Of a DNA stretch of 64,000 bases, positions 1-10,300 are shown piece by piece. Origin of the DNA: a virus; IMG/VR virus record IMGVR_UViG_3300007863_000001, positions 35,693 to 99,692 of that record, one strand, 5' to 3'. The stretch's first letter is position 1, and every line of letters starts with the position of its first letter. Position numbers and translations under genes: made by a program. Under the pieces are notes generated by a model that was not told the origin of the DNA, searched no databases, and saw only the letters and a program-made list of their open reading frames with translations.

Positions 1-2
1 TT

Positions 3-989
3 GCAGATGTTGATATTAATAAGTATCCTATTAGTTTAGATAGTTACTATATTAAACTTAATACTGAATCTAATGGACCAGATAGGAAATTTATTAGTCC
101 TAAATTATTCTTCAATGATACAAAATCGGGTGGAACTTATGATTTAGATGATTCTGCTTCTGGTTCAAACACAATATCTGGACCAAAAGCAACACAGAAT
201 ATTCAGTTTAATTCAATCAAACCAAATATACAAACTATGATTCCAGAAAAAACATCTATCTCTGCAAAGGCAAGAACATTCTCTGGTCAAAGTATAAATG
301 GAAATGAATCTACTTATGTAAGTAAAGAGTTCCAATCAATTTCATTGAATTCAAATAATTATCTATCAACACCAAGTATAATTGCATCAAACGTAAATGA
401 ACTTGAATACTTAGATGATTATCTTGGAAATAAATCATTTACATTAGAATTAAATCTATCTACTAGTGATAGTAAGTTGTCACCAGTTGTAGATCTTGAT
501 AGAATTGATATGATAACAACTATGAATAGAATCGATAGTCCAGTATCTAACTATAAAACAGATTCTAGAGTTAATAGTTTATATGATGATCCATCATCTG
601 CAATATACATATCAAAAATTATTAGATTAGAAAGGAGTTCTGATAGTTTAAAAGTTTACTTTGATGCGTATAGAGATTCTTCAAATGAATTAATCGTTAT
701 GTATAGAATACTAAGACCCGATACACCAGATGACCAACAATTGTATGAACTATTCCCTGGATTTGAAAATATTGATGAAAATGGTAATGTAATTGACCCT
801 AAAGATAATAATGGACAACCAGATGCATTTGCTCCTGCTTCAACTTCATTAGATGATTTTAGAAGTTATGAATACACTGCAGAAAACTTACCATTGTTTA
901 ATGGATTCCAAATTAAAATTATTATGGCAGGAACAAATCAATCATTTGTTCCAAATATTAGAGACTTAAGAGTAATTGCAACGTTATGA
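3..989 (+). CDS. C-terminal part of large virion structural protein (VrlC-like); 5' end outside window
   Basis: Frame is open from position 3 (ADVDINKYPISLDSYY...) into ORF 237..989; C-terminus FNGFQIKIIMAGTNQSFVPNIRDLRVIA resembles cyanomyovirus VrlC-like proteins. Confidence 0.7.
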   Translation, partial: ADVDINKYPISLDSYYIKLNTESNGPDRKFISPKLFFNDTKSGGTYDLDDSASGSNTISGPKATQNIQFNSIKPNIQTMIPEKTSISAKARTFSGQSINGNESTYVSKEFQSISLNSNNYLSTPSIIASNVNELEYLDDYLGNKSFTLELNLSTSDSKLSPVVDLDRIDMITTMNRIDSPVSNYKTDSRVNSLYDDPSSAIYISKIIRLERSSDSLKVYFDAYRDSSNELIVMYRILRPDTPDDQQLYELFPGFENIDENGNVIDPKDNNGQPDAFAPASTSLDDFRSYEYTAENLPLFNGFQIKIIMAGTNQSFVPNIRDLRVIATL

Positions 990-1189
990 TTCCAATAAAA
1001 GACAATGTGGGTTTTTATAGAGATGAAAAAACTAATGCAGTTCTAAACTGTAATGATGTACAATATAATGAGTATATAAAAATAAAAAATAAAAAATCTC
1101 TAGAAGAACAAGAGTTGAGTAAAATGAAAAATGATATTGAGGAAATTAAAAGTGCATTGAAGACTCTAATTGAAACGATAAATAAATAA
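986..1189 (+). CDS. small conserved hypothetical protein with C-terminal coiled coil
   Basis: ATGA overlap with upstream stop; YRDEKTNAVLN motif then heptad helix. Confidence 0.75.
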   Translation: MIPIKDNVGFYRDEKTNAVLNCNDVQYNEYIKIKNKKSLEEQELSKMKNDIEEIKSALKTLIETINK

Positions 1190-1211
1190 AGGTTATTAAT
1201 CTATTTTTCTG

Positions 1212-1547
1212 ATGTCAGCTAAAGTAATCAATTTAGTTCTTGAACAGGGAACAGATTTCCAAAGTACATTTACTATATACAATGATAATGGGACTAAATT
1301 GAATTTGACTGGATATACAGGAAAAGGTTTAGTCAAGAAAAGTACATACTCATCAACTTCATATCCATTTTCTCTAACCTTTCCGAATAGGATTGGTGGT
1401 CAAATAAAGGTTTCTATGGCAAAAACAGATACTTCATTGATGGAAGGTGGTAGATACTTATATGATGTGGTGATAACATCTCCAAATGATTTTTCGACAA
1501 GAGTTGTTCAGGGTAGTGTGTTAGTAACACCAGGAGTTAGTATATGA
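1212..1547 (+). CDS. virion structural protein (Ig/BppU-like, QGTDF...GRYLYDV family)
   Basis: Motifs EQGTDF, NLTGYT, GRYLYDVVI, RVVQG, TPGV typical of cyanophage small structural proteins. Confidence 0.65.
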   Translation: MSAKVINLVLEQGTDFQSTFTIYNDNGTKLNLTGYTGKGLVKKSTYSSTSYPFSLTFPNRIGGQIKVSMAKTDTSLMEGGRYLYDVVITSPNDFSTRVVQGSVLVTPGVSI

Positions 1548-2224
1548 CAAATTATGACGTAAGACTAACTTCACAAGATAGGTTTACTGTTGACTTAAAT
1601 TATGAAGTTCCATTTAAGCAGATACAATACAGTAATGTAATTCTTGATGATATTAATGTACAATTTGATGGAAATCAGACTAATTTTACATTATATGCAA
1701 ATGGTGAAGAATACTTTCCGGTTAATGAACAACAATTAGTCATTTCTCTAGATGGTGTTTTACAAAAACCAGTAATTGATTATCAAATATCTGGTAGTAC
1801 GATTACATTTTTAACTGCACCAACAGCAGGTCAACAATACTCAGCAATTGCACTTGCTACTGCAGCAGATGCTACTAGAAATATTGTCTTTATGATTGAC
1901 AATGGTAGTATAGATATTACTCCAGGTGATAAAGGTTACTTACCATTAGATATTGGTGGAAAGATTGAATCATGGTCAATTTTATCAGAACAAACTGGAA
2001 ACATTGCAATAGATATTGAAAAAACAACTTATGATGATTATCCATCAAATTTTGTTTCAATAGTTGGAACTGAATATCCAACTCTAATAAATGAAAATAA
2101 AAATAAAGATATTGAATTAACAACTTGGTTACCTATAATCAATATAAATGATGTGCTCAGATTTAGTGTTCTCAGTTGCTCTGGAATAAGTAGGTGTACA
2201 GTAGTTTTGAAGATGAAAGTCTAA
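1544..2224 (+). CDS. putative virion structural/fibre-attachment protein
   Basis: LDDINVQFDG..SLDGVLQKP..YQISGSTITF..AP module seen in cyanophage baseplate/fibre proteins. Confidence 0.6.
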   Translation: MTNYDVRLTSQDRFTVDLNYEVPFKQIQYSNVILDDINVQFDGNQTNFTLYANGEEYFPVNEQQLVISLDGVLQKPVIDYQISGSTITFLTAPTAGQQYSAIALATAADATRNIVFMIDNGSIDITPGDKGYLPLDIGGKIESWSILSEQTGNIAIDIEKTTYDDYPSNFVSIVGTEYPTLINENKNKDIELTTWLPIININDVLRFSVLSCSGISRCTVVLKMKV

Positions 2225-2236
2225 ATATTTTTAGAT

Positions 2237-2244
2237 TATAAATA
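2237..2244 (+). promoter_or_regulatory. T4-type late promoter (gp55 sigma)
   Basis: Exact TATAAATA in intergenic region upstream of 2292. Confidence 0.8.
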
Positions 2245-2291
2245 ACAATAGGAAAAAAAATTTTGTTTCATAAAATAACGGAGACAGGTAA

Positions 2292-3668
2292 ATGGCACTT
2301 TTAGTCCCAGATAGTGGTGAACTACAGACTCTACGATATCTTGTAAACACCAATCAAGATATCCCTAGAAACTTGATTCTCAAGTTGTACACTAGTAATA
2401 CTACACCTGCAGAGGGTGATGTCCCAACTCAGGCAGCTTACTTTGAACCATATAATGAGTCTGGAACCATTGGTTATGGAACCGCACCAAATAATGGTTA
2501 CCCATCATTAGTTAATAACAGATGGGATCAAGACTATACTAGTCAGTATGGTATTCTTCTCGACGGTACACGTTGGAATGTAAGAACAATTACAACTCCA
2601 ATCGTAAATACCACTGGTAGTGGTACTGCTGGAGAATATACAATTACTGTTGCATCAACACTCAACATTGCAGTAGGACACTACGTAAGTGGTGGTAATG
2701 TTGGTTCAAATGCTACCGTTTGTGCCATTGACGGTAATGTACTTGTTCTTTCAGTTCCTAACACTGGTAACTTCTCCAACCAGTCACTTGATTTTGGTGT
2801 AGGAACAACAACTGCTTCATATCCAGAGCAAACATTCACCTTTACTGGTCCTGCAAACCAACAGTATGGTTACTACCTCGTAAGAGCAAACAATCTTCCA
2901 CTAACACTTCATGGTGTTGATTCTGCAGCAACTTCTTTAGCAAACACTGGTGTTGCTAAGACTTTAACAACTGGTGTTATTGCACAAGAATTCATTACAC
3001 TCAATCAGTTCAAGTGGGAACCAACAGGTGTTGGTACAGCAAGTAACTTTGAACTTGTTGTTTCTGATGCAACTGGTATTATGCCAAACCAAAGAGTGGT
3101 TGGTACAGGTCTTGCTGCTGAAACAAGAGTTGTTGGTGTAAATGGTGTTCAGGTCTATCTAGATAAAGCACTTTCTGGTGCTGCTTCTGGTGTAACTACT
3201 TTCTATAAGAGTATCACTGAGGACATCACACTTGGTATGGGTGTTACTCACACCAATGCTGGTGGTGAAACTAATGCACTTCCTGCTGATACAACTGTCA
3301 CTGGTATTGATGAGAAAAACGGTATTGTATATCTAAGCAATGCTCTTGTAAATAACATTCAGGTTGCAACTGGTGACGAAGTAACCTTCGGTTCCAGTAA
3401 AGTAATCGGTACTGCACATGGTCTTGAGCCAGGTGATGTTATCTACATCGCAGCAGGTACAGGTAACACAACTACCACATCAAGTACATATACTGTATTT
3501 GAAGCTCCTGATGCAAATACATTCACACTATCACCAGCACTTGATGGTGTAGGAAATGTAACTCTATACAGCAGCATCTTCTTCGCAGAAAGATTCACAA
3601 ATGGTCCATACAACGTTCAGAACAACGGTGACCAAATTAAGGTAACTCTAAACGTCAGCCTCGACTGA
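2292..3668 (+). CDS. abundant virion structural protein (possible fibre bead subunit)
   Basis: Own late promoter, GGAG RBS and terminator; LKLY..NTTP / SYPEQTFTF..YGYY / AERF..GP..GDQIKVT core motifs. Confidence 0.65.
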   Translation: MALLVPDSGELQTLRYLVNTNQDIPRNLILKLYTSNTTPAEGDVPTQAAYFEPYNESGTIGYGTAPNNGYPSLVNNRWDQDYTSQYGILLDGTRWNVRTITTPIVNTTGSGTAGEYTITVASTLNIAVGHYVSGGNVGSNATVCAIDGNVLVLSVPNTGNFSNQSLDFGVGTTTASYPEQTFTFTGPANQQYGYYLVRANNLPLTLHGVDSAATSLANTGVAKTLTTGVIAQEFITLNQFKWEPTGVGTASNFELVVSDATGIMPNQRVVGTGLAAETRVVGVNGVQVYLDKALSGAASGVTTFYKSITEDITLGMGVTHTNAGGETNALPADTTVTGIDEKNGIVYLSNALVNNIQVATGDEVTFGSSKVIGTAHGLEPGDVIYIAAGTGNTTTTSSTYTVFEAPDANTFTLSPALDGVGNVTLYSSIFFAERFTNGPYNVQNNGDQIKVTLNVSLD

Positions 3669-3688
3669 TTTACGATTTACATTTTTTC

Positions 3689-3715
3689 AAAGGAGGGTCT
3701 ACCCCTCCTTTTTTT
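3689..3715 (+). terminator. intrinsic terminator
   Basis: aaaggaggg-tctac-ccctccttt followed by T run. Confidence 0.85.
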
Positions 3716-3722
3716 GTGTCTT

Positions 3723-3730
3723 TATAAATA
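3723..3730 (+). promoter_or_regulatory. T4-type late promoter
   Basis: TATAAATA just downstream of terminator, upstream of 3755. Confidence 0.8.
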
Positions 3731-3754
3731 ATTCAATAAAAGGTTTCTAGATAG

Positions 3755-5380
3755 ATGGCAAGAAACGTAGGGGTAAATTCAACATTTGAGCAACAACGTT
3801 TAGTCATTAACGAGCTTGCTGTTGATGTTGAAACATTAGAAAATGCTGGTTATATTACTGATTACACAGAACAGGACAACTTAGGAACTGTTCTTTCTAG
3901 GGGAAATCAGGCAACTAGTGATATTCAGTTAACTGGTATTATTACAGCAACATCTTTTGTTGGTGATGGTTCTAACTTAACTGGAATTTCTGCTGGTGCT
4001 GGTGGTACAGATAATGTTTCCACATCAACTTTAACAGTTGCTGGTATTTCTACTTTTAATGGAAGAATTGTTGGTTCAGCAACAACCAATATTATTCCAT
4101 TCCTTTATGCAAATCTCAGTGATTTGCCAAGTGCAACTGAATACCATGGTGCTTTTGCACATGTTCATGCTACTGGAAAGGCATATTACGCACATTCTGG
4201 TGCGTGGGTAGAGTTAGTAAACATCGACAGTGGTATAGTTACAGCAACAACTTTTGATGGTGATTTAACAGGTAATGCTGATACAGCTACCAATCTTAAT
4301 GGTAATACATATAATTTAAGTACCTCTGGTATTATTACCGCAACTCAGTTTGTTGGTGATGGTTCTGGTCTTACTGGTGTTGTTGCAGAAGGAACGGGAA
4401 TTGTCATCCAAGAGGAAGGTTCTTCTGTTGGTACTGCAGGTACTATTAACTTTATAGGTGCTGGAGTTACAGCAACGTTATCTAATGGTGTTGCATCAGT
4501 AGAAATTACCGCAACTGGAGGGGGTGGAGGAATCTCCAATGTTGTAGAAGATACTGCACCACAACTTGGTGGTAATTTAGATATTAATAATAAGTATATT
4601 ACTGGAACAGGTGGTGCAAATATTACTGGTGTTGTTACTGCTACAAGATTCGAGAGTACTTCTGCAGGAACTCCTACTATCGATTCACCAAATAATTTAA
4701 ATATTAATGCCGTAACTGTTGCCATTAGTACTAATTTAACTGCTGGGGGTTCAGTTACAGCAGCATCATTTGTTGGTGATGGTTCTGGACTAACTGGAGT
4801 TGTTGGTTCTGGTTCTGGTGTTGTAGTTCAAGAAGAAGGTTCTTCTGTTGGTACTGCAGGTACTATTAACTTTATAGGTGCTGGTGTTACAGCAACATTT
4901 GCTGGTGGTATTGCATCAGTAGAAATTACAACCTCTGGAGGAGCAGAAACTGATACCTTAGCAACAGTAACTGGTAGAGGAAATACAACTACAGACGAAA
5001 TCACTGCTGCAAACTTCAGGTCAAATGATACAACTGGTGATGGATCTGATGTAGGATTTGCACTTAAATACTACATTACAGCAAATGGTTCTTCTGCGTA
5101 TAGATTTGCTGGTCCTGGTGTTCTAAACTCTACTGATAATCCAACATTATACTTCCATAGAGGATTTACTTACATCTTAGAGAACTCTACTGGAAGTAAT
5201 CACCCATTTGAACTAAGAGTAAGTAATGGTGGCGCAGCATACGCACCTGGTGGTAGTTTCTTATCAGGTTCAATTAACGGCACACAAATTCTTACAGTTC
5301 CATTTGACGCACCAAATTCTATCGTTTACCAATGCACTTTACATGGCAGTATGGTAGGTAATATCAACATTGTTTCCTGA
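3755..5380 (+). CDS. fibre protein with C-terminal cupredoxin-like domain
   Basis: N-term STFEQQRLVINEL; FVGDGSxLTG fibre repeats; C-term HPF...YQCTLHGSM. Confidence 0.65.
   Translation: MARNVGVNSTFEQQRLVINELAVDVETLENAGYITDYTEQDNLGTVLSRGNQATSDIQLTGIITATSFVGDGSNLTGISAGAGGTDNVSTSTLTVAGISTFNGRIVGSATTNIIPFLYANLSDLPSATEYHGAFAHVHATGKAYYAHSGAWVELVNIDSGIVTATTFDGDLTGNADTATNLNGNTYNLSTSGIITATQFVGDGSGLTGVVAEGTGIVIQEEGSSVGTAGTINFIGAGVTATLSNGVASVEITATGGGGGISNVVEDTAPQLGGNLDINNKYITGTGGANITGVVTATRFESTSAGTPTIDSPNNLNINAVTVAISTNLTAGGSVTAASFVGDGSGLTGVVGSGSGVVVQEEGSSVGTAGTINFIGAGVTATFAGGIASVEITTSGGAETDTLATVTGRGNTTTDEITAANFRSNDTTGDGSDVGFALKYYITANGSSAYRFAGPGVLNSTDNPTLYFHRGFTYILENSTGSNHPFELRVSNGGAAYAPGGSFLSGSINGTQILTVPFDAPNSIVYQCTLHGSMVGNINIVS
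4349..4929 (+). repeat. intragenic duplication (~160 bp, copies 4349-4509 and 4769-4929)
   Basis: Near-identical DNA encoding FVGDGSGLTGVV...QEEGSSVGTAGTINFIGAGVTAT...ASVEIT, offset 420 nt. Confidence 0.9.
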
Positions 5381-5386
5381 TAAGAT

Positions 5387-7318
5387 ATGACATTAAAAAA
5401 ATATGAGTTAAAGGTAAAAAGACCTGAAGACTGGGATGGAGTTTTAAATACTCTTTCCGAAACATCAAGTATTGAAAATTTTCCTAATAGACAGGTGACA
5501 TGCTTTGATGATAAACTGCATAGTCCAACCAGAGGAACATTTCTACTTCACAAATCTGAAGTAGAAACTCTAATGAATGACTCATCTATTGATTGGATTG
5601 AACTTGACCCGACAGAAAATCCAGATGAATATCCCAAACCAAGTCATTATACCAAAAGATGGGAAAAGAATGTAAAAGTATATCGTGATTTAAATGGAGG
5701 TGGTCAGCCGGTTTCCACTGGTGCAACTGTTGGTGAACTGGATAGGACAGGGTGGCAAATTGTTAGGACTGGTATCAAAACTAATGGAGATTTTTGGGGA
5801 GTATTATCAGGAAATATTTCAGCACAACCATCAGATGCAAGTTACAGTTTAACTGGAAAAAATGTTGATACAATAATTCATGATTCTGGTGTATTACAAT
5901 ATCATCCAGAGTTTTTAGATTCCAATAACAGGTCTAGAGTAAGAGATATTGTTCTTGATGGTCCATACTACATTGATCCTGATTATTTTGATGCTAATGG
6001 ATTTACATATACTAAACCAGATGGAAGAACAGGAATAACCACAACTTCTGCACGTAATTGGTGGAATAACTCCTCCTTAAGATCTGTTGGATTTAGTACA
6101 ATTGGAACTATAAGCATAACTTCTGGTTATACAGAAGCAAGAGCAATTGGAAATAGTTTGGATGGTTCTAGTGAAATGACAAGTGGTCATGGAACATCAT
6201 CTGCTTCTCTAGTTGCTGGTAAGAATTTTGGTCTTGCATTTGAGGCAAATATATGGAATATGTCTGGTATTGGAGAGCCAGCAGGAATGGGTATAACCAA
6301 AGAGCAGGAATATGATTTAATGAAATTATTTCACTTATATAAACCAATTAATCCTGAAACTGGAATAAAAAATCCAACCTTAGTAAATGGGAGTTGGGGA
6401 TATCAATCAGGATTTGAAAGTGGTGATAGTATAGATTATAGTTTCAGAGGAATTACAGGAACATTTATTGGTAATGATTCAGTATCAGACCAAGTAACTG
6501 CAATGAAAGATGGACTCAATAATCAACTACAAGGTGCATATAGATCTTGGTCAACATCTTCACGTTCAAACTCAATTGATGCTGCTGGAGCAGAAGCAAT
6601 TGATAGTGGACTAATTTATGTTGCAGCATCAGGAAATAATAACCAGAGATTGGGTGTTGGTAGTACAGACCCCGATAGACTGAATTATATGTCAGATGAA
6701 TGGTTTGGAAGTACAGACCCCAGAGGAGAGTTTCCATCAGGGACAGTCCCATGCAACCATAGGGATTGGATGAATCCCCAAGGACTTGGTTTTGATGCCT
6801 CTGTGGACCCAGAATTTCATCCTGTTATTTGTGTTGGTGCTATGGATGAATATGTGATACCTTCTACATTATCAGAAAGAAAAGCAGACTATTCAAATAA
6901 TGGACCAGGAATTGACATCTGGTCACCTGCCGATGAAACACTATCTGCAGGAACAAATGGAGTTGCTAACTACACCGATTATGAACGTTATGATGATTCT
7001 AGATTTTATGATCATTATTTTAATGGAACGTCTGCTGCTGCTCCAGTTACTTCTGGGTTATTAGTTTTATATCTTCAATCAAATCCAAAAGCAACCTCAA
7101 GAGAAGTAAAAACTTGGTTAAAAAATAATGGTTCTGTTATTGCAGTTCCTTCAGAGTATCAGGATGAATATTCAGACGATACACAAACTTCGTATTGGAC
7201 TGGTTCTTTTAATATGAGAGGTGCAGAAAGAAGAATACTTTACAATCCATTTGCAAATGACGTTGTACCAAAAATAGATGGATTAAGTGTAACTGGAGTC
7301 AACTTTAAACTCTCCTAA
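5387..7318 (+). CDS. subtilisin-like S8 serine protease with N-terminal prodomain
   Basis: Catalytic motifs in order: IIHDSG (Asp), GHGTSSASLVAG (His), AASGNNN (oxyanion Asn), FNGTSAAAP (Ser). Confidence 0.9.
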   Translation: MTLKKYELKVKRPEDWDGVLNTLSETSSIENFPNRQVTCFDDKLHSPTRGTFLLHKSEVETLMNDSSIDWIELDPTENPDEYPKPSHYTKRWEKNVKVYRDLNGGGQPVSTGATVGELDRTGWQIVRTGIKTNGDFWGVLSGNISAQPSDASYSLTGKNVDTIIHDSGVLQYHPEFLDSNNRSRVRDIVLDGPYYIDPDYFDANGFTYTKPDGRTGITTTSARNWWNNSSLRSVGFSTIGTISITSGYTEARAIGNSLDGSSEMTSGHGTSSASLVAGKNFGLAFEANIWNMSGIGEPAGMGITKEQEYDLMKLFHLYKPINPETGIKNPTLVNGSWGYQSGFESGDSIDYSFRGITGTFIGNDSVSDQVTAMKDGLNNQLQGAYRSWSTSSRSNSIDAAGAEAIDSGLIYVAASGNNNQRLGVGSTDPDRLNYMSDEWFGSTDPRGEFPSGTVPCNHRDWMNPQGLGFDASVDPEFHPVICVGAMDEYVIPSTLSERKADYSNNGPGIDIWSPADETLSAGTNGVANYTDYERYDDSRFYDHYFNGTSAAAPVTSGLLVLYLQSNPKATSREVKTWLKNNGSVIAVPSEYQDEYSDDTQTSYWTGSFNMRGAERRILYNPFANDVVPKIDGLSVTGVNFKLS

Positions 7319-7319
7319 A

Positions 7320-7327
7320 TATAAATA
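7320..7327 (+). promoter_or_regulatory. T4-type late promoter
   Basis: TATAAATA upstream of 7374. Confidence 0.8.
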
Positions 7328-7373
7328 TCGGAAAGAATATCTCTAAATGAGATAGGACTGCATAAAAAAAAAT

Positions 7374-10300
7374 ATGGCAGTTTATACGCATACCACAGAG
7401 TCGCAATCAATATTTCAAATACAAACCCCGACTTTTGCAATTGAGTCGGGGTCATTTGCGTATAATCAGGATTCAGGATTATATATTACTATTGTAGATT
7501 ATGGTGATATCTTAGATGGAATCGATGCAGAAATAGATTCTGGGAATATATTTGAGAATATTTCATATATTGAAGATTATGGAGACATTCTAGCTGAAAC
7601 TGACCCCGCATTTGGGAAAATTGATACACTTGATTCAAAATCTATAACAAAATTTGCATTAGGACATATTGGTGGTGGAATAATATTTGCCCTTCAAGGT
7701 GGTTCTGTTTCCTCCTTTTCAAATGCATATATTGGATATGACGGAAACATATTTGACATTAACGACTCATCCGAATTAGCATTCTCCTATGGACATATTG
7801 GTTCGGGTGAGTTAAGTACAATAATAGGAGCAGCAGAAAGAGTAACGTCTTCGTTCAATATCTCTTCTGTTGCTCTTTTTGCGCTTGAAGATTATAACCT
7901 AATTTCGGAATCTGCTGTTGAAGCAGAAGATTATGAGTATATTTCTAATGATATAATAAAATTATTTGAAGATTATAATACAATAACAATAACTTCTCAA
8001 GATAATCCTTTTGGATTGTTTAGAGTTGCTGGTGATGCTTCACGATTTACCAGGTTCTCACTAACAACGAATGATCCAATAACACAAGCAATTCAATATC
8101 ATGGAACTGGTAATGAAGCAATAGTACCATTTATTCCACCTGGTTCTGGTAAGTTTGGAATTTCAGGTGGACTCTCAAAAGAATCGTTCACACCATCAAC
8201 AGAAATTGGATCTGGAACGATTTCCAACTTTGTTACCAAAGAAGAAAGAGCATCATTTAGTTATAATCAATCAGCACAAAACTTCCTCACAGATGAAGAC
8301 TTTGGATTTATTAGTGAATCTTCACCAACAATTTCATCTTATGCTAATACACAGATTAGTACTCTTGCAAATGAAATAGTATCAACCTTTACTGTAGCAG
8401 GTAATATTGATTCGGATGACTTTGGTATTATTTCAGAATTGGTTAATAGACCTGATTCTGAAGACTTCGGTTTAATAACTAGTCAAGATGATAAACCATT
8501 TGGATTATTCAGATTTGAAGGTGATACATCGAAGACAGTTACCTTTATTCTTACTGCAAATCCAGAAGGTGGTTCACTATTTGGATTTGGTGGTGGTGCA
8601 GAAGCAGTTGTACCGGTTATTCCACTTAAGTCTGGGTTATTTAACTTCTTCGGTACTGCTGAAGAAAGAATTACACCAGCACCAGCAGTTGGAACAGGAT
8701 CACTCTTCAACTTCATTAGTAAGGAAGAAAGAAGAACATTTAGTTACAATGGTTCTTCTGTTGTTGAACAAGATGATATTGACTTTGGATTTGTATCTGA
8801 AGCACACGTCGATCAAGACGACTTTGGTATTATTTCAGAATTGGTTAATAGACCCGATTCTGAAGACTTTGGATTCATATCAACAGTACAAAATAGACCC
8901 TATGGTTCTCTAAGGTTTGAAGGTGATAATGCTAAGACTACAAGAATTAGATTAAGGTATCCTGGTTCTGGAAGACTATTTGCTGCATCCGGTTCTGCAG
9001 AAACTTTTGGCACAAAAGAAGAAGCAAAAGTACTATTCAGATTTGCTGGTGATAGCACTCAGAGTGCTTCTCTTGGACATATTGGTTCTGGTTCTCTATT
9101 CAATATCATTACAACTGATAAGAGCAGAACATTCAGCTATAATGGTTCTTCAGTAACTGGAACTAGAATTGATGATTATAGATTAATTAATGAGTCTGCA
9201 GTTGAATTTGAAGATTATGGCACTGTAACTGACTTCCCAGAGTCTGGAATTTACGACACAATCACATATCATCAAGAAGATTATGGATTAATTAGTGTTC
9301 CTGTAGGTGAATCTAGAAGACCATTTGGTAGATTTAGATTTGCTGGTAATTTAGAGGAATCAACAACACCTACAACAGAAATTGGTTCTGGATCACTCTT
9401 TGGATTTGTTGGTTCTGCAGAATCTTCTGGTGCAAAAGAAGAAGTATCTACACTATTCACATTTGCTGGTGCAGTTACACAATCATTTACACCAGCACCA
9501 GCAGTTGGAACTGGATCACTCTTCAACTTCATTAGTAAGGAAGAAAGAAGAACATTTAGTTACAATGGTTCATCTGTTGTAACTCAGGACGATATTGACT
9601 TTGGATTTATATCCGAAGCACATTCTGACCAAGATGACTTTGGTATTATTTCAGAATTGGTTAATAGACCTGATTCGGAAGACTTTGGATTCATATCAAC
9701 AGTACAATCAAGACCATTTGGTAGATTTAAATTTACTGGTGATGCTTCCAAGGGAGTTAGATTTAGAGTTAGAACAAGTGGTGGTGGATCACTATTTGCA
9801 TTTGGTGGTGGAAATGAGGCAACCGTACCATTTATACCAGCAAGATTTGTATTGTTTGCAGTTGCTGGTGCAGTTACACAATCATTTACACCAGCACCAG
9901 AAATTGGTACAGGAACATTATTCAACTTCGTAACTAAGGAAGAGAGAAGAACTTATAGTTACAATGGTTCTTCTGTTGTAACTCAAGAAGACATTGATTA
10001 TGGATTTATCAATGATATTGCAGTAACTCCATCTCCTTCAATATCCACTTATGCAAGTACACCTATCAGTGATATTGCTGATGAAGTAGTATCAACATTT
10101 GGTGTTGTTGGTGATTATGATGATTATGGTTCTATCGGTGAAATTGTCAATGCTCCTGGATCTGCTGATTATGGAATCCTAGATTCTGTAGATAAGAGAC
10201 CATTTGGTGGATTTAGATTCTCTGGTAAATTAACTGAAAAATATACTCCAGATTATCCAGGTTCTGGTTCACTATTTGGATTTGATGGTTCTGGAGAAGT

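Noticed and set aside
8417-9707. CRISPR-like array from recurring gactttggtattatttcagaattgg
   Set aside because: Irregular spacing of hundreds of nt, in frame within a protein, no cas genes
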